Positions 1-8,975 of a DNA stretch of 30,466 bases are shown here, piece by piece (position 1 is the stretch's first letter; each line of letters opens with the position of its first letter). The stretch comes from a virus (lineage: Duplodnaviria; Caudoviricetes), in the IMG/VR virus record IMGVR_UViG_3300033168_000007, positions 1 to 30,466 of that record; one strand, written 5' to 3'. The position numbers and the translations under genes are program-made. Below the pieces are notes generated by a model. It ran no database searches. It saw only the letters and a list, made by a program, of their open reading frames with translations, and was not told the origin of the DNA.

Positions 1-125
1 TCACCGCCATCGAAAACTTCATCGACGGCTGGAACACACGATGCACCCCGTTCATCTGGACCAAAACAGCCGACGACATCCTCGCCAAAGCCCACCGTAA
101 AACAACTTCAAACACGCGACACTAG
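1..125 (+). mobile_element. 3' end of an IS630-family insertion sequence (transposase C-terminus, truncated by the window edge)
   Basis: Frame from nt 3 reads TAIENFIDGWNTRCTPFIWTKTADDILAKAHRKTTSNTRH* (TAG 123-125). WN..C.PF.WTKTAD.IL is the typical IS630 transposase tail, and the element ends at CTAG (TA target). Confidence 0.85.
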
Positions 126-2077
126 TAGGCGAAACGGTTGCCGGCGTCGAGGCGCCCGTACACAGGGTCGTCGGGGATGAAGTAGGGGTTCTCGTCGGCG
201 GGCGAGAGCTGCACGGCGATGGTGAACACCCCGGAGGCGAAATCGATGGTGTAGGCCAGGTGCTCCACCCAGCACACCCGGCTGCTGATGACCCCCGCCC
301 CCGGGCGCCGGTTGATGGTCACCGCGGTGTTGAGCTCCAACCCCAGCAGCGGAGTCGGCGGCGAGCCCGACGCGGCGAGCATCGCGGCCATGTTCAGGAC
401 CAGCCCCGACACCCGGGGGTCTGCTTCGGAGTACACCTGCGCGAGGTAGGCGGCAGCGTCCACCGCCTGCTGCGCGTCGTACACGTCCAGGGTGAGGTTC
501 AGGGTGCGGGTGCCGTACTTGGCGACCGAGGCCGCCGTGGTGAACTTCGCGACGATCCCGTTGGCTTGGGTGACGGTGACCGTGTTGCCCAGGTGAGTGG
601 TGTCGTGGTCCAACGCCATGTTCTCGTACGGGTACTCCCCGTCGGCTTCCCCGAGGGTGAATCGGGGCGTCGGGTTGTACCGGTAATGGCGGTTCACCAG
701 AATGGGAAACCCATTCCTGCTGACGTACACGGTGCCCGATTCGGTGGTGCCGACGTCGATCATGGCCTGAGCCACCGTCTTGCCGTTCAGGTCGGCGAGG
801 CCCATCGCAGAGTTGCCGGTGTCGGTGTAGGTGGCCGGCCCGCTCGGCAGCGGCGAGTATTTGCGGATCGCCAGGAAGCGGTCCGTGGTGACGTGGCCGT
901 AGTCGGCGTTGCGGTAGGCGTCGCCGATGCCCCCGTACCCGCCGAGGGGGTTGTTCGGGTCGGCGATCAGGTCGGTGCCGAACACCAGGTAGTTGCTCAG
1001 CGTCCCCACAAAGTTGCTGACCGTCGTGGAATTCACCGAGTTGCGGAAGGCGCCGAGGAACACCCGCGAGTACGGCGAACCCGACACGGAGGGCAGGTAG
1101 ACGTTGTTGTCGGTGACAGTGCCGTCGATGCTGACCTTCAGGTGGTACCCGTCCGCCGCGCAGGACAGGGCGATCAGGTGGTCCTGTCCGTCGTCGGGCA
1201 TGGTCGCCATCAGGTAGTAATTGGCGTTATCGGCAACATCGAATACTGCGTAGATCCCGTTGCCCCCGTACCCCGGGCCGTAGTACAGGTGCACCAGCCG
1301 GTCGTGGAACTCCGAGCTGGCGGCCCACAAGCAGCCCCGCGCGGTATTCGCCCCGACGACGGCCTTCATGCCGATCACCACCGTCCACGGCGCCGCCAGC
1401 GGGTGCGCGGCAGTGCCGGGCAGGATCAGGCACGACAGGTTGGAGTACCCCTGAGCGAAGGTCGGCAGCGTGAACTGGGCTTGCGTCTTGCCCTTCACGC
1501 CGGGGGCAGTGGTGGCCACCCCGAGCACGAGGTTGCGGATACCGAAGTCGTAGTTGATGCCCATGTACAGCCCGGCGGCGCGCTCGCCCACCACGAGCTG
1601 CCCTGCGGACACCGAGCCCGGTGCATCGTCGAGTGGGTACCAGGCCAGTGGGTTGAGCAGCTTCACTTCCTCGTAGAAGATCGGCTCGAGGATTTGCTGG
1701 GCCAGCACGGCGAAGATGTCCACCGCCACCAGGTCGGTCCATTGGAAGTTGCCGCCCGGGCCCCACCGTTGCGGGTATCGCTCGACGTATCCCGTCCACA
1801 ACGTGAAAGACGACCCGCCGAGGGTCGCGACCAGTTGGATCCGCTTCCCGAGCTGCACGTTCGGCGCGTACGGGCTGCCTGTGCCGTCCGGGTCCAGGAA
1901 GCCGTTGGAGTTGTCGACGGTGATGGTCAGCGACCCGGCCTGCGGGGCCTGCAGCTCGTACTGACGCCCGCGGGTGGCCGACACCTTGGTCACCCCACCG
2001 ATCGTGGTCCAGGTGCCCGCGACGAACTCGATCTGCACCTGCGTGACCGGCCACGCGTAGCTCGGGGGTGCCACCAT
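122..2077 (-). CDS. Minor tail / baseplate-type protein with a central LamG (concanavalin A)-like beta domain
   Basis: 651 aa directly after the tape measure gene. N-term RGR..EL...QAG.LTITVDN..G.LDP; PLAWYPLDD and FVGTLSNYLVF bracket a LamG-like segment; C-term ASVAKYG.R motif. Confidence 0.8.
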   Translation of the reverse strand: MVAPPSYAWPVTQVQIEFVAGTWTTIGGVTKVSATRGRQYELQAPQAGSLTITVDNSNGFLDPDGTGSPYAPNVQLGKRIQLVATLGGSSFTLWTGYVERYPQRWGPGGNFQWTDLVAVDIFAVLAQQILEPIFYEEVKLLNPLAWYPLDDAPGSVSAGQLVVGERAAGLYMGINYDFGIRNLVLGVATTAPGVKGKTQAQFTLPTFAQGYSNLSCLILPGTAAHPLAAPWTVVIGMKAVVGANTARGCLWAASSEFHDRLVHLYYGPGYGGNGIYAVFDVADNANYYLMATMPDDGQDHLIALSCAADGYHLKVSIDGTVTDNNVYLPSVSGSPYSRVFLGAFRNSVNSTTVSNFVGTLSNYLVFGTDLIADPNNPLGGYGGIGDAYRNADYGHVTTDRFLAIRKYSPLPSGPATYTDTGNSAMGLADLNGKTVAQAMIDVGTTESGTVYVSRNGFPILVNRHYRYNPTPRFTLGEADGEYPYENMALDHDTTHLGNTVTVTQANGIVAKFTTAASVAKYGTRTLNLTLDVYDAQQAVDAAAYLAQVYSEADPRVSGLVLNMAAMLAASGSPPTPLLGLELNTAVTINRRPGAGVISSRVCWVEHLAYTIDFASGVFTIAVQLSPADENPYFIPDDPVYGRLDAGNRFAY

Positions 2078-5000
2078 CAGGAAGCCCTGAAACCGAGCGG
2101 GGTGCGCTGCTGCAGCTTCAGCAACTCGTCCCGGATGTCGGAGGCGGCCTGCGAAGCACCGCCGAACCCGTAGTAGTTGCCGGTGATGTTCACGATGATC
2201 GGCTGCTGCCCACCGCCAGCCATCGTGGCACCGAACGTGGCCCCCGGCCCGCCACCGGCGGAGAACTGGGGGCCGGTGATGGGTCCCGTGACGCTGGCGA
2301 GCGCGGAGGACAACACGCCGCTGTTCGCGAGGATGCCCTGGGCGATGCCCGCGGGGATGTGCACCCCGATCTCGTCGGCGAACACCTTCGAAGGGGAGCT
2401 GATACCCAGCAGGCCCTTGGCACCGTCCAGGGCGGAGCTGGCGACCCCCTTCACGGCGTTGACCATCTGCCCGGCCGCGCCCTTCACGCCGCGGATCATG
2501 CCCATGATCAGGTTGTTGCCGATCTGCTCGGCGGTGCCGAACATACCGACGATGTCATCCATTCCGGCGCGGATCGGCGACCAAATGGCCTGCCGCACAT
2601 TGACGAACTCCCCGGTGATCGCACCCAGCACCCGACCGACCGCGTTCGCCACGGCGCCCACGATGTCGTTCCAGACGCCGACCACATCGTTGTAGGCGGC
2701 GGTCCAGACCCCTCGGGCGATACCGACGATCTCGTTCCACTTGCCGGACAGCCAGCCGGTGGCGGCGCTCCACTTGTCCATGAGCCAGCCCACCGTGCTG
2801 TCCACAATGGCCATTATCGTGTCGTGGATGATGCGCCAGGACAGCTCGGCCGTGGCCTTGATCTGCGACCACTTGGTCTCCAGCCAACCGACCAGCGCGC
2901 CAATCTTGTCGTCCACCCATCGGGCGGCCTCGGTGATCGGGTTGACGATGTAGTCGCGGAGCAGGTTCCACGCCGACTGGGCGGTGCCCGTGATCCAATT
3001 CCAGGTGTCGGACAGGAAGGATTTGACACCATTCCAGACGCCGACGACCACAGCAGTGATCTGCTCATGGAAGTGGTTCCAGATTCCCAGCAGCAAGGCG
3101 ATGGGCGGGGCGAAGATCACCAGCAGCAGCGGCCACCATTTCTGGAAGAACGCCGTGATCCCGTTCCACACGGTAGACGTGATGTCCTCGACCCAATGCC
3201 AGGCGCCGACGACAGGGTCGACCACGGCGTGCCATCCGGTGGCGGTGGCGTGCGTCATGTCGTTCCAGGCGCCCACCAGATAGCCAGTCATGGCGCTCCA
3301 CGCGGAGACCGTCCAGTTCTGCACGTCGTGCCACGCGCCGACCACAGGATCGACCACTGCGTGCACCCCGGTCATCACCGCATGGGTCATGTCGTTCCAC
3401 GCGCCCACCAGGTAGGCGGTGACGGCGTGCCAGATGCTCACCGTCCAGTTCTTCACGTCGTTCCAGGCGCCGAGGATCTGCTGGTTGGCGGCCGTGACCT
3501 GGCCGGTGATCCAGCCCCAGATCTGGTGCCAGTGGGTCCAGAGCTCGTAGATGCCCGCAGACAGCAGCACCACCGCGGCGATGATGGCCTCGATGGTCAG
3601 GGTCACCGGGTTCGTGGCGATGGTCCACAAGGCCACGGACAGGGCGGCAAGCGCCACGATCAGCGCGCCACCGATCACTGCGGCCAGGGCGATCATCGCG
3701 GCCTTGTGCTCGGTCACCCAGGTGATCCCGGTCTTGAAACCCTCGGCCACCTTGGTGACGGTGGGCAGCAGCTCGATGCCGAGCTTGGTGACGAGGGAGC
3801 CGATAGTGTTGTGCAGATCGGTCATCGCCTTGTTGAAGTTGCGCTGCACCTCGTCCCAGCCCTTGATGTTGCCGTCCGCCTGCGCGCTGGACCCGGCGAT
3901 GTCCTTGATCGCGGCGTTCGTCCCAGCGGCGTTCTCGCCGGTGGTCTGCAGCATGACCGAGAGAGCTTCCTGTCCACCGGTCGCCTTTGCCAGCGCGGTG
4001 ACGTAGTTCTGCGAGTCGATGCTTCCGGACTTGATTGCCTGAGAGAATCCCACCGCCTTGTCGTGCAGGGCCGCCCACTGTGACACCTGGGTTCGCTGCT
4101 CCACGTCCAGCCCGGCGCCGGTCTTGCGAAAGTCTTTGTACGCGAGGGTATTGTCGCCGATTGCCTTGGCGACCTTCTGTGCGGCCGGGGGCAGGGCTTC
4201 GAACATCCGACCCGCGTCGTGACCCGCCTGGGTTGACTGGTTCATCGTGTCCAGCAGGACCGTTCCCGATGGTCCCATTTTGGTCAGAATTGCCGTCGAG
4301 ACCTGCTGCAAGGTGGCGGCCAGCCCTGTTTTGCCAGGTTCGTCGCCCAGATTGTTCACCAGGTCTTGCGCTGTAATGCCAACCGCAGCCAATTCCTTGA
4401 TCATGGGTTGCGTCAATCCGCCGCCGGAGAATCGTTGGATGGTGTGCCCCAGGTTTTGCCCGGCCTGGTCTGCACTCATGCCCGAGGCGGTCATCGAGGC
4501 CAGCACGCCGGATACATCGGCAAGGGACAGATGCGCCGCGGCGGCGATGGGGGTCACCGAGTGCATGGCCCCGGTCAGCTCGTCGAAGGTCGTCTTGCCG
4601 TGCGACACCGCGGTAATGAGCTGCGACGTGACGTTCGCGGCCTCGGATGCGGGCATGTGGTAGTCGTGCAGCGCGGTGGTCACCGCGTCGGTGACGTGCC
4701 CCAGGTTGGCCTGCTCCTCAGAAGCACCTTCCCCAGCCATCTTCATGACGTTCAGGGCGTCCGCCCCGTGGAACCCGGCGGATTCCACCGTGTACATGGC
4801 CTTCGCGAGGTCCTGGGCTGAAAACCCCACCTGCCCGGCCATGTTCAAGATGCCGTCGCCGACCATCTTCAGGTTGTCTTGCGACTCACCCGCAGTCGTC
4901 GCGAGCTTGGTCATCGACTGCTGGAAATCGCCTGCCATCTTCACGCCCTCGAAGGCCACCGCGCCGACAGCCGCCACAACGCCCACGGACAGAGCGGTGC

Positions 5001-5133
5001 CGAGCTTGCCGACACCGGCCATCGACGCCTCGGACTCGGCTTTGACGCCCTGCATCTTGGCCATCATCGAGCCGAGCCCGGCATCCAAACCCGCTGTGCC
5101 CGCCATGAACTCGACGAATACGGGGACGCTCAT
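2077..5133 (-). CDS. Tape measure protein (TP901-type core)
   Basis: 1018 aa, Ala-rich. Core with AMY.V.SAG and GKTTFDEL, hydrophobic stretch, Trp-periodic repeats, C-terminal LGISSPSKVF..EIG..IPAGIA.GI. Confidence 0.95.
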   Translation of the reverse strand: MSVPVFVEFMAGTAGLDAGLGSMMAKMQGVKAESEASMAGVGKLGTALSVGVVAAVGAVAFEGVKMAGDFQQSMTKLATTAGESQDNLKMVGDGILNMAGQVGFSAQDLAKAMYTVESAGFHGADALNVMKMAGEGASEEQANLGHVTDAVTTALHDYHMPASEAANVTSQLITAVSHGKTTFDELTGAMHSVTPIAAAAHLSLADVSGVLASMTASGMSADQAGQNLGHTIQRFSGGGLTQPMIKELAAVGITAQDLVNNLGDEPGKTGLAATLQQVSTAILTKMGPSGTVLLDTMNQSTQAGHDAGRMFEALPPAAQKVAKAIGDNTLAYKDFRKTGAGLDVEQRTQVSQWAALHDKAVGFSQAIKSGSIDSQNYVTALAKATGGQEALSVMLQTTGENAAGTNAAIKDIAGSSAQADGNIKGWDEVQRNFNKAMTDLHNTIGSLVTKLGIELLPTVTKVAEGFKTGITWVTEHKAAMIALAAVIGGALIVALAALSVALWTIATNPVTLTIEAIIAAVVLLSAGIYELWTHWHQIWGWITGQVTAANQQILGAWNDVKNWTVSIWHAVTAYLVGAWNDMTHAVMTGVHAVVDPVVGAWHDVQNWTVSAWSAMTGYLVGAWNDMTHATATGWHAVVDPVVGAWHWVEDITSTVWNGITAFFQKWWPLLLVIFAPPIALLLGIWNHFHEQITAVVVGVWNGVKSFLSDTWNWITGTAQSAWNLLRDYIVNPITEAARWVDDKIGALVGWLETKWSQIKATAELSWRIIHDTIMAIVDSTVGWLMDKWSAATGWLSGKWNEIVGIARGVWTAAYNDVVGVWNDIVGAVANAVGRVLGAITGEFVNVRQAIWSPIRAGMDDIVGMFGTAEQIGNNLIMGMIRGVKGAAGQMVNAVKGVASSALDGAKGLLGISSPSKVFADEIGVHIPAGIAQGILANSGVLSSALASVTGPITGPQFSAGGGPGATFGATMAGGGQQPIIVNITGNYYGFGGASQAASDIRDELLKLQQRTPLGFRAS
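3208..3471 (-). repeat. Tandem 132-bp (44-aa) duplication within the tape measure gene
   Basis: GAWNDVKNWTVSIWHAVTAYLVGAWNDMTHAVMTGVHAVVDPVV followed by GAWHDVQNWTVSAWSAMTGYLVGAWNDMTHATATGWHAVVDPVV. Confidence 0.9.
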
Positions 5134-5504
5134 AGCTTGCTGTACTTCGCCACGACGCGGTTCATCGCGGCCTCCTGAATGTCCTTGAACTTCGGGGCAA
5201 CCTGGTCATAGGCCTGCTGCGTGTGGTGATCGAGCGCCTCGATCTTGGCGGCGTAGGCGAAGGTGTGACCGCCCCGCGGGCCGACCGTGATGCGGTAGTT
5301 GCGGGGGCTGACCGTCTTCAGCTTCCCGGCACCGATGGAATCCCGCAGCGCGCCGCTGCGGACCCGCACGTTCCGGCGAGCAGCCCGTTTCGTCTGCCGC
5401 CCCGCTTCGCGCAACGCCCACATGCACGAGCGGTCGGACATGCGCCGCAGGTCCAGCATCGCCGCGTTGTAGGGCTCGGTAATCATGTGCACACCACCGA
5501 TCAC
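5130..5504 (-). CDS. HK97 gp10-like tail completion/neck protein
   Basis: Basic 124 aa with ARRNVRVRSGALRDSI (cf. A...PV.TG.LR.SI) and YAAKIE. Confidence 0.7.
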   Translation of the reverse strand: MIGGVHMITEPYNAAMLDLRRMSDRSCMWALREAGRQTKRAARRNVRVRSGALRDSIGAGKLKTVSPRNYRITVGPRGGHTFAYAAKIEALDHHTQQAYDQVAPKFKDIQEAAMNRVVAKYSKL

Positions 5505-5506
5505 AG

Positions 5507-5742
5507 CTACCCCCTCGAGGCTTCCTCGTTGCGCCGGTTCTCCTCGGCGATGTACACGGCATGGACGGTGAGCAGCTCGGACAGCTCGCGGGCGGGCAGT
5601 TCCGCCTGCTCCCTCAGGGACACCCCCAGCAGCAGCAGCGCGCGGCGGCGGACGCTGCGGTGCACCCAGTACGGCAGATCACGGGCGTCGATCTGGTGGC
5701 CCTCCAGGGACTGCCTCAGACGCTGGAGGGCACCGAAGGGGT
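5507..5742 (-). CDS. Frameshift extension of the tail assembly chaperone (gpGT, T part)
   Basis: The -1 frame reads DPFGALQRLRQSLEGHQIDARDLPYW...EEASRG*, has no evident start of its own and fills the gap to the next gene. Candidate slip site ACC CCT TC at 5735-5742. Confidence 0.7.
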
Positions 5743-6150
5743 CGCCATGTCCGGGGTCGGCTCGGTGTTCACCGTGGTCCCACCGGTGGCCTTGACGACC
5801 TCCCCGATCTTGTCGGAGATCGTCTTGGTGACGGGTGCGGGCACCTCGGCGAACGCTTCCCGGGTGGGCGGTTGGGGCACGCCCTCGTACTCCCACTCGG
5901 TGACGTAGGCGCACACCGTGACGTACATCAGCTCGCGGAACGCCTGGAAGCCCTCCACTCCCACGATTCGCATCTGCTGCACCGGGGGAAGCGCCTGGAA
6001 CTCCTCCGACTTCGATTCGTCGGTGAGGTGCTCGCCGGCCTTGGTGGCCATGAGGCTGATCTGCACGTCCTCGATGGACTCTGAGAGCCGCCCGGGCAGT
6101 TTGCGGGGGTCGCGAATGTTCGCCCACCCGCCGTCGAACTCGACGCGCAT
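5716..6150 (-). CDS. Tail assembly chaperone (gpG-like)
   Basis: 144-aa acidic ORF directly after the tail tube gene, followed by an overlapping -1 frame ORF. Confidence 0.8.
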   Translation of the reverse strand: MRVEFDGGWANIRDPRKLPGRLSESIEDVQISLMATKAGEHLTDESKSEEFQALPPVQQMRIVGVEGFQAFRELMYVTVCAYVTEWEYEGVPQPPTREAFAEVPAPVTKTISDKIGEVVKATGGTTVNTEPTPDMATPSVPSSV

Positions 6151-7109
6151 CAGACGTACGTCCCGGCTGCCTTGGCGTTGATCAGGGTGGCCTTGATGGG
6201 GGAGAACCCGGCGGACGCGCCGACGTCGGTGACGTTGGCCAGTGCCTCGAACGTGACCGAGACGGTGCCGTAGTCCTTGCCGCGGATCACGTCACCCTTG
6301 GTGAACGCGGCCTTCGACATGTGCAGGCGCAGCGAGGAAGTGCCCTGCGTCCAGACGAGATCCAGGGCTGGTTGCACGTTGGTGAGGTAGTCGGTCATCG
6401 CCGACTGGTCCTCATAGATCAAGTTCAGCTTCCCGGACACGGCCAGCAACCCCGACCACATCTTGTAGGGGTCCGGGTTGCCGTCCACGGTCTGGATGGC
6501 CTCGACGGTGCGCTTCAGGTCGATGGTGCCGTCGATGATGGCGGTGTTCGGTGCCCCGGCGATCTGGGCGACACCCACCCACGACGCGATCGGCTGCGCA
6601 GCGGAGAAGCTCGGTGCCAGGGCGGTGGCGTACACGGCCGGTGCCCAGCAGGTGGCCTTGCTGGTGTAGGACAGCAACCCGTCCGCGGTGAACTTGATCG
6701 ACAGGTCGGAGAACCGCGCTGCGGCGTACTGGTTGGCCTGCCCGCCGTCGTAGTCGGTGATGGTGTACCCACCCGGTTGCTGCTGGCCGGTATTCAGCAG
6801 CGACATGGCGTGTGTGAACGGCGCCGCAGCACCAGTAGTCACCACGTCGCCGAGCACTGATTGCAGCTGGTAGCCGATGAGGGCCGGGTCGACGTTGCCG
6901 TCGATGCTGATCTCGGCCTTGCGTTGCCCGAGCACCTCGCCGAACAGGGCCGTGGCGGATCCGCGCCACCCCTTGTCGGCCAGGTAGGTCTGCATGATGT
7001 TCGGCTTCGGGTCGGCGGTGACGGCGATGAAGTCCACCGGGGCGACCGGCACACCTTGGGTCACTTCCTTCGCGATGCCCACAAGGGTGCGGTACGTGGG
7101 TAGAGGCAT
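6150..7109 (-). CDS. Major tail (tube) protein
   Basis: 319 aa; N-term GIAKEVTQG.PVAP..F, beta-rich, at the expected position before the chaperone and tape measure genes. Confidence 0.9.
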   Translation of the reverse strand: MPLPTYRTLVGIAKEVTQGVPVAPVDFIAVTADPKPNIMQTYLADKGWRGSATALFGEVLGQRKAEISIDGNVDPALIGYQLQSVLGDVVTTGAAAPFTHAMSLLNTGQQQPGGYTITDYDGGQANQYAAARFSDLSIKFTADGLLSYTSKATCWAPAVYATALAPSFSAAQPIASWVGVAQIAGAPNTAIIDGTIDLKRTVEAIQTVDGNPDPYKMWSGLLAVSGKLNLIYEDQSAMTDYLTNVQPALDLVWTQGTSSLRLHMSKAAFTKGDVIRGKDYGTVSVTFEALANVTDVGASAGFSPIKATLINAKAAGTYV

Positions 7110-7110
7110 G

Positions 7111-7440
7111 TCAGGCTCCCATGGTTGCTGCGTCGGTGGTGGTCACTGGCTGATCGGCAGCAGCCGGTGCAGTAGAGGGCGCCGCGGGTTGCGCGGCAGG
7201 CTCAGCGGGCGCCTCAGCCGCAGCGGCGGGCTCCTGTGCGGGCGGCGGGCTGCTTCCGGCCGTCTGTGCGGGCTCGGCCGGGTCTGGCTTGTCGGGGGTG
7301 ATGGGCGTCGGGTCGGTGCCCACCGTGGCCCAGCGGCCGTCCAGGGGTGCCTCGTCGAGGTCGTAGTCCTGGCCTGGCACTGGCTCCAGGCCGAGGGTCG
7401 GGTACACCATGTCGGGCTCGCCGATGTAGGTGAGTTTCAC
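7111..7440 (-). CDS. Hypothetical virion-region protein with Pro/Ala-rich tail
   Basis: 109 aa, GGAG RBS, fits between the terminator-like and tube genes. Confidence 0.75.
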   Translation of the reverse strand: MKLTYIGEPDMVYPTLGLEPVPGQDYDLDEAPLDGRWATVGTDPTPITPDKPDPAEPAQTAGSSPPPAQEPAAAAEAPAEPAAQPAAPSTAPAAADQPVTTTDAATMGA

Positions 7441-7449
7441 TTGCGTCTC

Positions 7450-7920
7450 CTAGAAGTCGGACTCGATGGTGATGCCGAGGGTGATGTCCACCAACCGGCC
7501 CATTTGTTCGCTCTCTTCTTTCGGGTCGTCGCTGGAGTGCGCCGGGAAGGCCAGCGTCACCAGACCGCCCAGCGAAGGGTCGGCGCGGACCGCTGACTCG
7601 ATCTGCGTGGCCAGCAACCATGCGCGCTCGTAAACGTGCTGCGGCTGGTCGCCGCCGCGGTAGCAGGACACCACGACCTCGATGTCGTAGGTCTCCCACA
7701 TCGACCCGCGACCGGTCATCGACCCGCGCATCGTGTACGGCTTCGAGACCCGGTTGGCCATCTTCCCGACCACCACGATGTCGTCGAGGATGTCAGTGCC
7801 CGGGTCGTCGTAGAACACCTTCAGGCTCGTTCGGCCATCACCGGCCAGCTGCGCGCTGAGCAAGGTGAACAGGTAGGCCTTCGCTGCGGGCACGGTGGTC
7901 GTGCCGAGGGGGGCGGTCAT
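7450..7920 (-). CDS. Putative tail terminator / tail completion protein
   Basis: 156 aa; ETY.IEVVVS and AVRADPSLGGLV motif; position in the operon. Confidence 0.65.
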   Translation of the reverse strand: MTAPLGTTTVPAAKAYLFTLLSAQLAGDGRTSLKVFYDDPGTDILDDIVVVGKMANRVSKPYTMRGSMTGRGSMWETYDIEVVVSCYRGGDQPQHVYERAWLLATQIESAVRADPSLGGLVTLAFPAHSSDDPKEESEQMGRLVDITLGITIESDF

Positions 7921-8516
7921 CCGATGGACTGTGTGCGCACAGCCCGCTCCAGGATCGCCTGCACCCGCGGGAACAGGAGGATGGGCCCGGCCGAGAAGGA
8001 GTCCTCACCGCCGCCGCCGAAGCGCCGGCCACCGCCGCCCTGCTGCGACTGCTGGTATAGACCGCGGATGTCCTCCAGCGCGGCCAGGTAGATGTCAGGG
8101 GGGATCGACACCAACCCGGCGGTGTAGCCCACCACGACGGCGTTGCCCAGGAACGACATCTCGGTGCCCACCGACGACACCCGCCGTAGGACGCCCGTCT
8201 CGGGAAAGTCCATGACATAGCCGTAGTTGTTGCGCGTGGTACCGGGCGCCTGCGCAGTCAGCGCGTAGGCGGACAGCCCCAGGTACTCGACGACAGAGTC
8301 CACCGACAGCACTGGGGGTTGGCGCAGCACGATCCGCGAGGAACCCCAACAGCGATGCGTCTCGGTCACCGGCCGCGGCAGCACCGGCCCGGTGATGTAC
8401 TCGATCTGCGGTGTCGCTGCGGCGATGTACCGCTGTATCTCGGGGTCATGCGTGGTGTCGCCTTGGTCGAGGTTCAGGGCGTCCTTGACCGCCGCGAGGT
8501 CAACCAGGTCGGGCAT
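7917..8516 (-). CDS. Head-tail adaptor (gp6/gp15-like)
   Basis: LVDLAAVKDALNL...D.EIQRYIAAAT..IE.ITG and V.YTAG...IP.DI.LAAL. Confidence 0.85.
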   Translation of the reverse strand: MPDLVDLAAVKDALNLDQGDTTHDPEIQRYIAAATPQIEYITGPVLPRPVTETHRCWGSSRIVLRQPPVLSVDSVVEYLGLSAYALTAQAPGTTRNNYGYVMDFPETGVLRRVSSVGTEMSFLGNAVVVGYTAGLVSIPPDIYLAALEDIRGLYQQSQQGGGGRRFGGGGEDSFSAGPILLFPRVQAILERAVRTQSIG

Positions 8517-8543
8517 CAGGACTCCCTTTGTTCAGTTTGGGCG

Positions 8544-8583
8544 CAGCACAGGGGGGTGACCTCTCAACCACCCCCCTGTGCTG
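8544..8583. terminator. Perfect 15-bp hairpin between head and head-tail genes (terminator, attenuator or mRNA stabiliser)
   Basis: CAGCACAGGGGGGTG-N10-CACCCCCCTGTGCTG; no U-tract on the minus strand. Confidence 0.6.
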
Positions 8584-8587
8584 GCGA

Positions 8588-8956
8588 TCAGGACGCGCTC
8601 GGTGCGGTCGCCGCAGTGCCCGGGCGAGGTGCGTCTGCCGTCTGCGCCGGCTTCGCCGCTGCGGTTGTTTCCAGCACGCCCGGCACCTCGGCGCCACGGA
8701 GGTTCTCCGCGCCGTCCTCGTCGTCCACCAGGGCACGGTTCTCGGTGGGGTGCACACCCCGGTCCCGCCACGCCTGCGCGGACGCTTCGGCGCGTTCGAG
8801 GCCGTACTTCTCCTCGTGCGCCGGTCCGGTCAGCGTGCCGTCGCCACGTTCCGGCTCGGGGTCAGCCGACGCCAGGTGGTGCAGCTTGCGGGCATCCGCA
8901 GCGTCGCGGGCCAGACGGCCTTCGTGCTCGCCGCCTTTGAAGTGATCTTCAGCCAT
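8588..8956 (-). CDS. Hypothetical protein
   Basis: 122 aa with AAGGAG RBS, in the head operon. Confidence 0.75.
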   Translation of the reverse strand: MAEDHFKGGEHEGRLARDAADARKLHHLASADPEPERGDGTLTGPAHEEKYGLERAEASAQAWRDRGVHPTENRALVDDEDGAENLRGAEVPGVLETTAAAKPAQTADAPRPGTAATAPSAS

Positions 8957-8975
8957 GATCTTGTACTCCTTCGAG

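Noticed and set aside
1200-1320. Tyr/Asn-rich patch in the tail protein as a possible DGR variable repeat
   Set aside because: No template repeat or reverse transcriptase in the window, and the codons do not fit an AAC-derived pattern.
260-4083. Long + strand ORFs (637 and 671 aa) and similar antisense ORFs throughout the window
   Set aside because: Shadow ORFs of high-GC minus-strand genes; no RBS or recognisable domains.
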